A stretch of 63,933 nt of DNA, filler included, from Folioceros fuciformis (Eukaryota), in assembly GCA_049999805.1 (NCBI GenBank). It is 7 parts of 7 records of this genome, joined end to end, with 100 filler letters (N's around TTAATTAATTAA, not from the genome) between each part and the next. Parts side by side here need not be neighbours in the genome. Positions count along the whole stretch, not along the records: positions 1 to 16,543 come from JBNGIO010004049.1; 6 more parts are not named here. One strand, 5' to 3'. Below the pieces are notes generated by a model, which searched no databases, was not told the DNA's origin, and saw only the letters and a list, made by a program, of their open reading frames with translations. Within the stretch, counting starts at the first letter, position 1. Every line of letters begins with the position of its first letter. This document shows, piece after piece, positions 1 to 11,472 of the stretch. The position numbers and the translations under genes were made by a program.

Positions 1-243
1 GAGAGGACTCTAGCTCATGCCAGTAGGGCTGTGAGTGTCCACTATGAAGTTTAGAATTGGAAGGAAAATTGTAATTGAATATTTAGACAAAGGTATGTTG
101 TGATGAATGTTCAATATACACAATTTCATTTTTCAAGCTTTTAACATAACATGTCATGTTGTCCCAATCCTCCAATGGAGTATTCAGTATGTCTAAAGCA
201 CCCCCTAAACATTTGATGACACCCACTATTCCACCTATTATGG

Positions 244-460
244 CTATGAAACTTAGCCCCTTCTTGTGTTGAGCTTGGCTACCCTAGTCTCATTCTACTT
301 CCAGGCTTTGAAACTTGGCCTCCTATCATGTTTCTCTTGTCTACCCTAGCCTCACTATATTTCTAAGCTTTGAAACGTGGCCCCATGTTGTATTGTTTTA
401 ATCTAGCCTAATCTCATTCTACCTCCAAGCTATGAAACTTGGCCCCATGTTGTGTTCCTC
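244..460. repeat. Degenerate 62-bp tandem repeat, about 3.5 copies
   Basis: TGAAAC(T/G)T(A/G)GCC recurs at 247, 309, 371 and 433 (exact 62-bp period), with similar CCCTAG..CTCA(T/C)T tails. Confidence 0.85.
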
Positions 461-881
461 TACCCTTCCCTTGCCCTAGTCTGTTTCGAAGCAAACAAGC
501 TTAGTTAGCCATATTCATTCCCTAGCTCCACATCCATCCTCTAGCAACACCCTTGCTCAAGACATGAACAACAACTTGTGTCATGACACCTTCAAATCAA
601 ACGATGTGCGATGGTGGGTAGGCCTTTTGTAATTCTACATGATAACATTTTGGGAGTAGTAAGTAGTTTTTGAAAAAGGTGTTGTGCGATGTGGGCTACT
701 AATAAGCCAATAGCCTTCACAAACATATAAGTATTAGAAACACTTCTCCGTTGTGCTTTCTACTAATTAATACCCTACAAATTCCCATTAAAGTAGCTCA
801 GCAATCTCTCTTCGCTCTCCGTGTGCTCGTAGAGATATGTACCTACTTAAGATGAACAAGACATCTCCAGTAAAGTGGAGT

Positions 882-1000
882 AAACACCATAACCTTTGAA
901 AACCTTGAATACACTATAATGCTTGAAATCACTGGATACACCATAATGTTTGGAAGCCCTAAATACACTATAATGTTTGAAAGTAGTGAATAAACCATAA
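882..1000. repeat. Degenerate ~27-bp tandem repeat, about 4.5 copies
   Basis: Recurring (T/A)ACAC(C/T)ATAATG(C/T)TTGAAA motif. Confidence 0.7.
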
Positions 1001-1320
1001 TAGGGTGTATCATTCTTGTGCTTTCAAGAAATCAAGTATGCCTTAGCCATGAGAAAAGGGGCATAAGGAGTTGACCAAAACGCACACAGTGTATGTACGT
1101 GCTAACGTAGAATGCAAAATCAACCTTAGCACACAGCACAAATTGTGGTGATAGTCTTGTTGTGCCCACCACTTGTTGTGGTGGGGCACATAATGTGTTA
1201 GTACTTAAGTTTGCATAATGTTGGTGGTGGATAGTGTGTTGTTCACAACTTAGCTGTGTGCTCATAGTTCTAGGTGTAGGGGCAGAGCCAAGGTTGTTAT
1301 CATCAAGTACCTGCCCAAGC

Positions 1321-1476
1321 GCTCCAATGTCGAGCTAGGCAAGGCTCTAAATGGGCACTGCTCCAATGTCGAGCTAGTCAAGGCTCTAAATGGGCACTAC
1401 GCCAAGTTGATGAGGGTAANNNNNNNNNNGCTAGTCAAGGCTCTAAATGGGCACTACGCCAAGTTGATGAGGGTAA
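1321..1476. repeat. 39-bp tandem duplication, plus a duplicated flank around the 10-N gap (1420-1429)
   Basis: GCTCCAATGTCGAGCTAG(G/T)CAAGGCTCTAAATGGGCACT occurs twice. The ~47 bp on either side of the gap are identical, probably an assembly overlap. Confidence 0.75.
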
Positions 1477-1630
1477 GAATCTAGCCTGTTCTTCTGCTTT
1501 TGTCCACTCTTGTCTTTACATTGATATACAATGCCTTTTACTTGCCATGCCTGGAATGGGCACAAGGATATAGGCATGCACACCCCTCTCCCACACGATG
1601 TCACTTGATGAGAAAAGAAGGCCTCTCCCT

Positions 1631-1950
1631 AGCTTGTGTGTAACAGGAAAGGTGCAAAGATAATGCCCCATGATCTCCTACAATTCTTAAGAGGTAGAAA
1701 AGCCTCCCCACAACTTGTGTGTAACAGGGAAAGGTGCAAAGATAAATGCCCATGATCTCCTATAGCTCTTACGAGGTAGAAAAGCCTCCCCAAAGCTTGT
1801 GTGTAACAGGGAAAGGTGCAAAGATAAATGCCCATGATCTCCTATAGCTCTTAAGAGGTAGAAAAGCCTCCCCAAAGCTTGTGTGTAATGGGGAAAGGTG
1901 CAAAGACAGATGCCCCATGATCTCCTACAGCTCTTAAGAGGTAGAAAAGC
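1631..1950. repeat. ~82-bp minisatellite, 4 copies
   Basis: CTTGTGTGTAA at 1633, 1714, 1796 and 1878; units are near-identical. Confidence 0.9.
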
Positions 1951-4900
1951 AGGAAAAGGGCTCTCCTAACAGGCCCCATAAGGGCCTCCTCTAGCCTATA
2001 AGGGTAGGGTAGAAAAGTGAGATTAAACTCTCCTAAGAGCCTTGCTAAGGCCTTCTATAGCGCATACAAGCAAGTGGAAAGGCATCCAAACAAGCCCTAC
2101 GTAGGAGGCCAAGCCATAGTCCATCCCAAGAGCACCTCAACTGCATCTAATCAACACACTTTGTGTTTCATATTTCGGTGATAGATTAAGTTTATCACTA
2201 ACAAATAAGTTATGTTCAATGAAGAGTGAGTGAGCCTAACATGGCAGCACCACGTGGAAGAAGAACCAAGGATACCGAGTCCTTGGAGTGTTGTCACTAA
2301 AGTTCTGCCCTGCAGGTTGAAGACATACAACACCGGAAATTTTCAATCCCAAATTACATGCTGTTGTGGAAGTTAAAAAGTGCGGTTCAGGTTCCTAGAA
2401 ATACCTTTGCTTGCAGAGTTATTTGGTGGAAGGATCTGCGTGCACGCAAGAGATGGCTCGTGGGATAGGCGAAACCTGCCCTGTAAGACGTGTAGACCAG
2501 GTGACCTGATCTGGAATTCAAGGTACAAGAAGGAAGCCTACCACACGTTCTGACTGTACTGGTATCTTTGAGACTGTGCCTGGACATAGAGCGCTAGACA
2601 GCTATCTACGTGGAGCGAGGAGCAAGAAGCCAGCGAATTCCAGGGAAGGTTTACAGGCGGTCGAATTCAGGGCAGAGTCAGAACATTAATTATGATTTTT
2701 CTGTCCGGCTGACTGCTGCTCAGGCATCTCAGGAAGAGCATTGTATGTATCCATTGTTGCTGATCAAAGGAAGCAGAGCATCTTCTTTCCCACTGTGACA
2801 GGACTGCTTGCTACGGGAACGGAAGGGACCACTCGGAGATTCTCGCCGTCACCGAGGCCGGGGCAGCTGTATGTAGGTTACAAACAGGCTGCCTACCTCA
2901 CGAAGCCTTCAGCATTCTACATTTCCGTGGAGCTGAGCTGAACAGCTAGCCAATGTTGACAGGCAGGGACGTGGGTGACAGCCGAGTAGCAGGGTACAGC
3001 ACAGCATGGTTAGGAGGAGCGGGAGTAAATTAAGCAGGGGAAGAGTACAAGCAATTGTATTGCAGAAGTCTGGAGAACACGCTTCTCTATCTATGACAAG
3101 CTGGGACAAGGGAGGGGATTGGATTGCTGTAGCCTGGAGGCGCAGAGCAAAGTTAAAAATAGGTTTGTGCGGCCACTAATATTCAGTGCTCTGCGCCTGT
3201 CTATGGACTGTGGTCATGTAGCATTGATGGGGAGATGGGCATAGGAGATGGAGGAGGAAAGAACCGATGGAAGGAACCTGGCATGGTGCACGCATGGAGA
3301 AGAAGAGGGCCTGGGAGAGGCATATATGCTTGCGTGAGTCGACTCTCTTCATGCTTCCTGCACCCCATGTTTCCTGCAGCCCATTGGGCGGGGAAATTAG
3401 ATGGTGGGGCGCAGTCAAGATTAATTGCTGCAGCTTTCCGGGAAAGCATTGGAACATGAGAGGCACGAGGGTCAACTTGGATGCGGGATCGCAGGCAGAT
3501 CCCCCTGAAGGAAATGCAAAAGAAAGGGAGGGGGCAGAGAAAGAGGGAGAGAAAGAAGGGCAATCATTGAACGCACTCCACCCAAGGCTAAGGTCCTGCC
3601 TGCAGGCTGCCTTCCTCTCTCTTCTGCTGCTGCTTTCCCCTCTGGCACCTGTGATGCAAGATTCCGTGTAGGCCTCGCTCCTTTCGTCTATTCAATCCAG
3701 AGGGCCGTCGGTGTTCTGGTGTTGGGAGGTGTTTGTGGCGGGGCAGGCCAAGCAGCGAATCCCATCATTGGGCCAAGCAGGCCCTGACTGCTGTTTCCCG
3801 GGTCAATGGCCCGCCAGCTGGAGCTGTCGTCCGGGAGCCATGGCCCATGGGGGACTAGGACGAGTCATCACCCCATTCAAGGCTCCTGGGTGGTGAAGGC
3901 CTTCCAAGTCCCGACAGTCATCGGGTCCGCGTTCGCTGTATGTCTGCATGTGACCAACCACTGTTGCATGGGAAGGGAGGGAGACTGGAGGGCCCAGCTT
4001 TGGGTAGCCTCGATCACTTGAGAGCCAGCATGAGCACCCACCGTGAGCTCAACCGACACTCCCCTTGGTCCATGATCCATTCACAACGCACCGCCTACGC
4101 AGGTAAGCCAACAGGAGCAACCAATCCCATCAGAAGCATGGAATCCCCTGGGTTTTTGTCCAGCCCCAGCAGGCAGTTATTACGACAGATGAGTGCGGCT
4201 GTTGCTGTTGCCGATGTCCGCTCACAGGTAGCTCATCTTCCAAACTGCATATATGCCAATCCAACAAGCATACATACCTTCCACCAGATCGATGGGAATG
4301 ATGCACTTCAGCCAGTTCGTTAGGAGAGCCCAAGGAAAGTACAGCCTGGGTCTGGGCTTGCTGAGCTTTGTCTCTTCCATCACCTTTGTCTTGATCTTTT
4401 TTTGTCCACACCAGCCCTTCATTCTCCAGTTCCCACAAATTGCCACCCTGATGCCGATGATGCTGCCGCAGCAGCAACAGCTCAGCTGTGGGGGAGAGAG
4501 ACAGAGGCCGCCTGCCATGCATGGCTCGTGGGTCAACAGCTGGAAGATCATCATCCCCAATCCACCACCTGCCATGGCTACAGCATGCAGCAGGAAGAGG
4601 CAGCGGTAGAGGCAGAGGCGGGGGCAGAGGCAGAGGCGCACAGGACAGTACCGTCGTCTCAGTCTCCCTGCTTCCAAGCCATAGCTGGCCGCTTCCATCT
4701 CCCGAAGTACAGGCCGTGCCGTGACATGACACCCTCACCCTCTCGGGTGTGAGCTGGTAGAGGAGAATCAACCCCCTGTGGCCCTGTCAGGTGACATGGC
4801 GTTAGCCACAGGGGGGAAGTTGTGTGCGCACCACCCCACTCTACCCCCGTTCGTCCCTCCTCGCTCTGTATCCGGGCAGGCCGCAATGATGTGCTGGTGC

Positions 4901-5864
4901 TCGGGTCCTGGGCTTGGCTTGCCTGGCAGAAGCATCCCATGCTCTGCCCGCCTGGACGTGATGCCAAGTGGCCTGCTCCAGGAGGCAGCGGATTTGCTGG
5001 GGTCCGATCCCCACAGTATCACATAATGTCCACATCGGAACGCAACCAGGAGGACATCACCTACAGAGTACAGGCTACAATAGCAGCGAGCCAAGACTGG
5101 TCCACAGTGGTCACGAAATCCCAGGATGATTCAAGCTGACGGGCCAAGGCACCGGTTGGCAGTTGCCGGCAGACAGCAAGTCCCGGGATTGCCTTCCCTT
5201 CTCTTCCCTCCCTTCGCATTGCCTTACCTTGCCCACTGCCTGCCAGGGACCAAGTCTGGCAACGAGCCGGGGACCACCAGATTTCGTCAATCTGTCCATG
5301 TAGGGTAGACTACAGGAGGGAGGATCTGCCCTTCTGCCTGCGCCCACCCCCCACCGGCCAAGGTGCAGGCAAAGTGGGTGGGCAACACCGCCTTTCGTCC
5401 AGAAAGGCAGCAAACGTGTCCGGACTCCCGAACACAGAAAGGGCACGCAAATCCAAAAGCCGACGTCGCTCCTGTCGGCCACCTTACCGGAGGTCCCGGG
5501 TCCTGGCCTCTGCCAGCGCCCGCTGCCGCTGCACGCCGTTCAAGGCCCAAGTGGGCGGCGGTCATCCTCCCTTCCACACTACGTACATGCATTGCTATCC
5601 TGCAGTCTGTCCATTATCCATAGCCCCCATCTACGATACACCTGCCGCTGCCCAAGCATGAGATTCTCCTCATATCCTCTCCGACTGCCTTACCTCCCTC
5701 CATCAACGTTCTCCCAGACACCCGACATGATCAACAAAGGTAGGTAACACACTCCAGGTGTTCTTCTTGCCTATCACCTACGTTTATTGAATAATCTTAC
5801 GGTAACATTTTATATAATAAACCTGTACATATAATTATATAAATCTTCAGAATTGTATGAATAT

Positions 5865-6515
5865 CTACATTATTTGAAACTTAGGTTTTATCCTCTTTTC
5901 ACAAGCTGGAGGTTGGTAGTCACACACGCTATCCCAAGCTAAAAGCTCTGCATACTCTTCTATGTAGATTTTTCCAGTATCCTTGTCTTTACATGCTCTA
6001 AGCATGACGTTGATTTCGGGCTCAGTGAAAGAGTCTCCTTTTGTCATGAGAAGCTTTTTCAAGTATTCAGGTTCAATGAAGTCACTTCCTTCAAGTGCAA
6101 GTAATTTCAAACAATTTAGTATTTCATCTTTGTTATGTCTCGGGTAGCTTCTGGGATCCTTCCTTAATGTTTCTCCTAACGTCTGCTCTAAATTGACATA
6201 TGTTATGTGACCCTTTGTGGTTTGTGCTACTTCCTGTTCTTTAGCTAAAGATAAAAAATTTTGTAGCTGTTGTTTTGTGGGATTGAAGCCTAAAGCTTGC
6301 AATATGTTAATCACATCTCTCTGATCCAACTCTCCTTCATTTCTTTTTGCCCCTTTCCTTTGGAAAATAGGATATAGACTAGCAAGTTTTTCTAGCATTA
6401 TGGGATCAAGTATATAAAATGTTTCTTCAATCATTTCTTCTTCCGGGTTAGTTGAAGGAGGTTGTTGTTCTGAAGAAGAAGCCTTCTCATCTTCTTGTGC
6501 TGATGATTCGTCCAT
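5865..6515 (-). CDS. DRC8: EF-hand calmodulin-superfamily protein, dynein regulatory complex subunit 8 (DRC8/EFCAB2)-like, 216 aa, intronless
   Basis: Open ATG-to-TAG frame. Motifs ILQALGFNPT (cf. IIRSLGCCPT), DFIEPEYLKKLLMTKGDSFTEPEINVML and DKDTGKIYIEEYAELLA match my recollection of the four-EF-hand DRC8/EFCAB2 pattern. Confidence 0.75.
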   Translation of the reverse strand: MDESSAQEDEKASSSEQQPPSTNPEEEMIEETFYILDPIMLEKLASLYPIFQRKGAKRNEGELDQRDVINILQALGFNPTKQQLQNFLSLAKEQEVAQTTKGHITYVNLEQTLGETLRKDPRSYPRHNKDEILNCLKLLALEGSDFIEPEYLKKLLMTKGDSFTEPEINVMLRACKDKDTGKIYIEEYAELLAWDSVCDYQPPACEKRIKPKFQIM

Positions 6516-9500
6516 ATCTTCTAGTCTTTATTAGTAATTGCTATGTGTTTTAAGTTTTATAGTGTCTAGGTGCAACTATAGCTTCTTTTTCCTTTTTTTG
6601 TTCACAATTTCATTCATGTGATTTATACAGTTTCCTTGTGTGAAGGTTCATGAGTGTTAAGGTTCATTAGATAGAGTTCTATGCAAGCATTTTTATGTTT
6701 ATTGATCTCTGTATCATTTGATTGTGTTTAACAAGCTCAATTGACCTACCTCAAGCTAAGTCAAGGCAAGACAAGATGTTTCAATCTAATCTCAGTTTTG
6801 AATTTACTACACTAAAAGAGCTGCATTAAATGCGAAACAATGTGAGGTCCATACAATCCAAGCTTATGTGCATTGCTTGAATCACACATACAAGGAGCTA
6901 GAGTTATTTGTAAGGCTCAAAGACTCCTTACTTTTCGTTCACTCTTTGATGTGAACAGTCACTACTTACTGGATGCCACAAGCCTAAAAATTGGGCTTCA
7001 ATGAGCAATAAGTTGACTTCAGCTAGTTTGAAATATAAAGCTGTTGACTTTACTTGAATATGCATACATACTTTATAATATTGGATAATATTAGTAAGTT
7101 AAAAAACAATTCATACATAATTAGTATTAATATTTTTATGTGATTAAAATTAGTTTAGATTGTAAATTTTATTAACACATAAAATCTAAGAATAAATCAG
7201 GAATTTGTTTCCTAAACTAAGACACTTAAAATTCTGATGGGCAAACATAAGAGCTTTAACTTAAGGGTAGGAAACAAAATTTTTCTTTGGTACAAGACTC
7301 ATGCATAAAATGCTTCACAACTTAGAAAAGGAGAGAGAACAAGGCTGGACCCGTCTAAGATGAAACTAAGGGAAATCACTTGACGATGAGCATGAAATGA
7401 TCTTATGCCTACCATTAAAAGCCTTTTGAAACCTTTATAATAAGAAGAAAGAGGAATGAACATGAAACTCTATATTGATTACTACCTTTTAATTTCATAT
7501 AATGAAATCGCATAGAGGAAAGCTAAGTTTTTTTTAGCATTTCAATATATATTGTTCCTAATAGTATTTTTGGTCTTAAAGGAGAAAGATCAAGGATAAT
7601 AATCTTTGGTGTTGCAATTCATTCTCTATGATTTTTCTCTTTTTAAGAGAAATTGAATTCAAGTTCATGTTTTGTTTCAAATTTATTGCAAAGCACTAGA
7701 GACCTTGTTAAAGGATAACCTTGTAAAATCTTGTCTTCTTAACAAAATGCCTACTATCATGTTTTAGATATCAACCTTGTAGATATATTATCTTTCATCC
7801 AACAAGCAATGTAGACTTGTGAAGAGAATGTATAGTGTAGATGGCCAGATCAAGTGTTTAGGCTTTTCGAAGGTAAGATGCTTACCCTCTCTCCAATATG
7901 GTTAAGGTCACAAAAATCTAATCTCTAGCTAATACCTCCTCAATGGTTTCTATAACTTAGTGGCAATGTCTATGGGATCCTACTACTTGAGAATAAGAAA
8001 CTACCAACTAAACCCTTGTTTTATAAATCTATGTACTTTGAGCCAAACAACAAGGCTTAAATGCTCAATGTGTAGGAAAGGATAATCCTTAGCAATAACT
8101 CATGGCATGCACAAAGTACACAAAGTAGGTTGGAGGACTTCACATCCACATAAAATTGCTAATAGCAGGGCTGATGAACAAAAGTAAAAGTAGGCTTGTC
8201 ATGTTTAACAAGACTTAACCAAAGACCTATCCAAAGGAAGCAAGGCTAACATTTGCATCCCTACTTGATAATGGCAAGGAACCAATCCTTGGTCATCTTA
8301 GCTTAACCCTCCTCCACACACAATGTCCTATTATGAGAACACTTCTATTCTAGCAGCTCTCTAGTTAGACTAGAAAGTTGTCTTATTGACAACATCCTGG
8401 GAATGAGAAGTATCAAACTAATTTCCATTTTTGCCTCACAAACCATGAACACCATAGATTGTATCACACAAATACCAACACAATGAAGATTTTTAAATGT
8501 AGCAAGCAAATTTAGGTTTCTATTCAGATTGCATTAGGAGGAGGCTCATGGTTTCTTGCACAAGATGAACAAACGATAGACTTTCCTACCAAAAAAACAA
8601 GTCATAGACTTTTAGAAGGGTTAAATTAAGCATTGAAATTGTATACTACAAATGTTAGTTAGCCTTGAAGGAAAGTTGGCTATGGAAGGTGGCTTCTGCT
8701 TCTGCATGGGGTATCTTTATACTATGCTAGAATGAGATTATCTTTGGGTTAACTTTTTTCTTCTTCTAAGAGAAGAAAGTTTCAAATTTAGAGGTGAATG
8801 TGGTGAGTTTTGATTCTAGATGTGGATGCGGTGAGTTTGGAGGGATGTGCAACAATGAAGGCTAGTGAATTCTCTCTTATGTAGGCCATGAGTGTGTTCA
8901 TCCCCTTGCTATAAAGATCTATGAGCTAGGACAAAGAGGAGCAGAGACTTGTCTTTGTTCTATGAGGATTGTGCTAGAATGTGCTTCCATAACATAGACA
9001 CAATTGGCTTCCCTCTTCCTCTTGAAGTGACTTTCTTTAGGCAAGCGGTCTCCATCTCTCTTTTAGAGAACACTGGCTAACACAATGCATAAAATGTCAG
9101 CAAGTGTGGGGGAGACAACATATGTAAGAGTAGAAGTAGATAGACCTTTCTTCATCCTCGAACTAAATATTTTTAAGTTGTAGGTAGACACAAGCTTAAG
9201 CTCGGATGATATAAAGTACATAATATAGTGTAGGGAGATACGGATCCATTTTCTTCTTGTATACAATACTTACCTGCTTATTTTAGATGATGCTTCACTT
9301 ATTGCATGCATTGGCTGTAGGGTGAAGGAAGATAAGGAAGTGGGAGTGAGTAGCTTCTATTAAAATGGGAAAGCAGGGTTGGAGGTAACCGGGGTGCAGG
9401 TTAAAGCTAGCCGGAGTTAAACCTGTCCCGCCTGCTGCACTGCCGAGCGCGAGCAAGAGGTGTCGTCGATGCATCTCTGCTGCTCGCAGTCTGCACCTCC

Positions 9501-9918
9501 TCCGTAAGGTGCTGCTCTCTTGTACTTAGGGCGTGAGTGTGCTGGCCTGGGAGTGAGAGACTGGTCTCTCCTCTGCAAGAGACGCCAATTGGTTCCTGCT
9601 TTCTTGGTTCTGGTCGTGGATGCACGGAGAGTGGCAGGCTCCAGCCTCCCGGTGGGGTTTTAAAGCTAGCCCGAGGTTTTGGGGCAAGACCAAGCCGAGC
9701 TGAGCAATCTTGGTGCCGCCGCTCAGAGGCCTTAAGCTCGGGACGAGGGCACACCAGCATGCTGGCCGCCATGGCTGCCTCCAGCTTGTAGTCGTCCCAG
9801 CTTCGGGAGAGAGAAGGAGTTTTCTTGTTTGGGCGCAGGCCGGCATTCTTGGTGGTAGATGACCTTGTAAGGCTGTGTGGCACTAGTGAAGGGTAAAGTG
9901 CGTTTGAGGGCGGCGGTG

Positions 9919-11472
9919 ATGGAGGTGAACGTGGCCGCGCCCGCGGACGCCGCTGTCTCGTCTCTTGCGTTGCTGCTCTTCGGGGGGCAGTTGAAGGAGG
10001 CCGCCTGCATTGCGGCTGTGGAGCTACTGGCTCGCGAAGCCATTGCTTCTTGGATTTTGGTTTCCTTTGCCCAGGCTCAGTTCGGTGCCAGGTACTCAAC
10101 TCAACTCGTTGTAGCTCCGGAAATTTGGTCGTGCCGCATGGAGTCTCTGCTGCACAAACTTGGGGTATGGTTACGGGGTGCCGGGAGGGAGTGCGGAAGA
10201 GAGTTTAAGGCTTGAAGTGGTGTCGGGCTCCTTACTTGCATATGCTGGTCGGTTGTGGATAGCTTTTTGTTGTTGGTGTCCTTGCGCATGCTGTTAAGTT
10301 AGGGAAAAGGCTGAAGTGTTGTTTGGCTCCTCGTTCATGCTGTGCCTTGCTGCGAGTGTTTACGTAGAATTAGAATTAGTGGTACTCCTGCAATTTGCCG
10401 CACGGCGGCCATGGCACGGGTGTGGCGCAGAAGCTGCAGCTGTGAGCTTGTGAAAATTGTGTACGTTTCCGGTTTTCCTTGAAGGCGATTCTAAATTACG
10501 CGCAGTTTATCTGGTATGTGTTGGCTGCGAGCGGTCGCAAGAACCTGGAAGCGCCAGCTCTTGGAGACTGCACCTGTCAGCTGTGGCTGCAACAGTACCG
10601 CTGCCGTCCGATGTTGCCGCTGCTGCTTGAAGCATCCTCCTCTCGCAGCCCTATCGCAGCGGCTCGTTATTACGCATGTGACCTGAAAGTTGTTGGTGCT
10701 TGCTAAGTGTCTCCTGGTGGCTTATCGTAGAGCTGGCACTTTTGGCCATCTCCTTCGTGGCAATGCTGGAAGGGTGCGGAGGTTGTAGGCTTGTTTCGCT
10801 CTAGTTGTGACTCATCTTGGAGTTCAAGCTGTGTTCGTGGTAACGGTGGGCAGCTGCTAGGGATGTTCTTAGTTATCTCTCACTCTGGTTTTTGTTCTGT
10901 GGAATGTGCGTGGAAGGTAGGTTTGTGTAGCTTGGGCTACTTGCTTATGCTTCCTTTGAACTCTAAGGAGTTGGTTGTGGTGTATCAGCAGCAGCGAATG
11001 TGGAAACGGCCACGATAGAAGTGGGCTGAAGAAGCTATGCCCTGCTTTGGGCGATCCTCTAGAAGAACTAAGGAGGAAAGTGCGGGCCGGTGAGCAAATA
11101 GTTCAAAATGGGCAGGTTGTGCAGCAGGAGGAGGACGCTGAAGACAGTGGTGACGATGATGAAGACGAGGATGAAGACGATGGTGAAGACGATGATCCAG
11201 AAGGGGATGCTGAGGATGATGATGCTGATGAGGGTGATGATGATGGCGATGAAGATGGCGACGATGACGATGGAGATGAGGGTGGCGATGCAGCAGATGA
11301 TGACGATGACAAGGGAGATGATGATGACGAAGATGGGGACGATGACGATGACGGGGAGCCTGATGATGAAGCTGGTCCAGATGAGGATGATGACGACGAC
11401 GAAGATGAGGACGATGACGATGAGGACGAGGAAGAGGACGAGACTCCAAAGTCGAAGAAAACAAAGCGCTGA
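9919..11472 (+). CDS. Asp/Glu-rich acidic nuclear protein (plant family like Arabidopsis AT1G47970), 2 exons, ~218 aa
   Basis: Exon 1 is 9919-10091 (ATG GAG GTG..., donor AG|GTAC). Exon 2 is 10989-11472 (acceptor TCAG|, phase-compatible). The 657 nt total is in frame. The product has a hydrophobic helical N-terminus, an SSSECG junction, ~100 residues of D/E and a C-terminal NLS-like PKSKKTKR. The exon 1 model is inferred; exon 2 is clear. Confidence 0.7.

Noticed and set aside
3271-3375. Imperfect fold-back as a pre-miRNA
   Set aside because: Pairing needs several large bulges, which can arise by chance between purine-rich and pyrimidine-rich tracts.
9407-10099. 230-aa minus ORF, and ORFs at 14329-14896 and 20503-21102
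   Set aside because: No recognisable domains. They lie in GC-rich promoter/UTR-like sequence or antisense to a better-supported exon.
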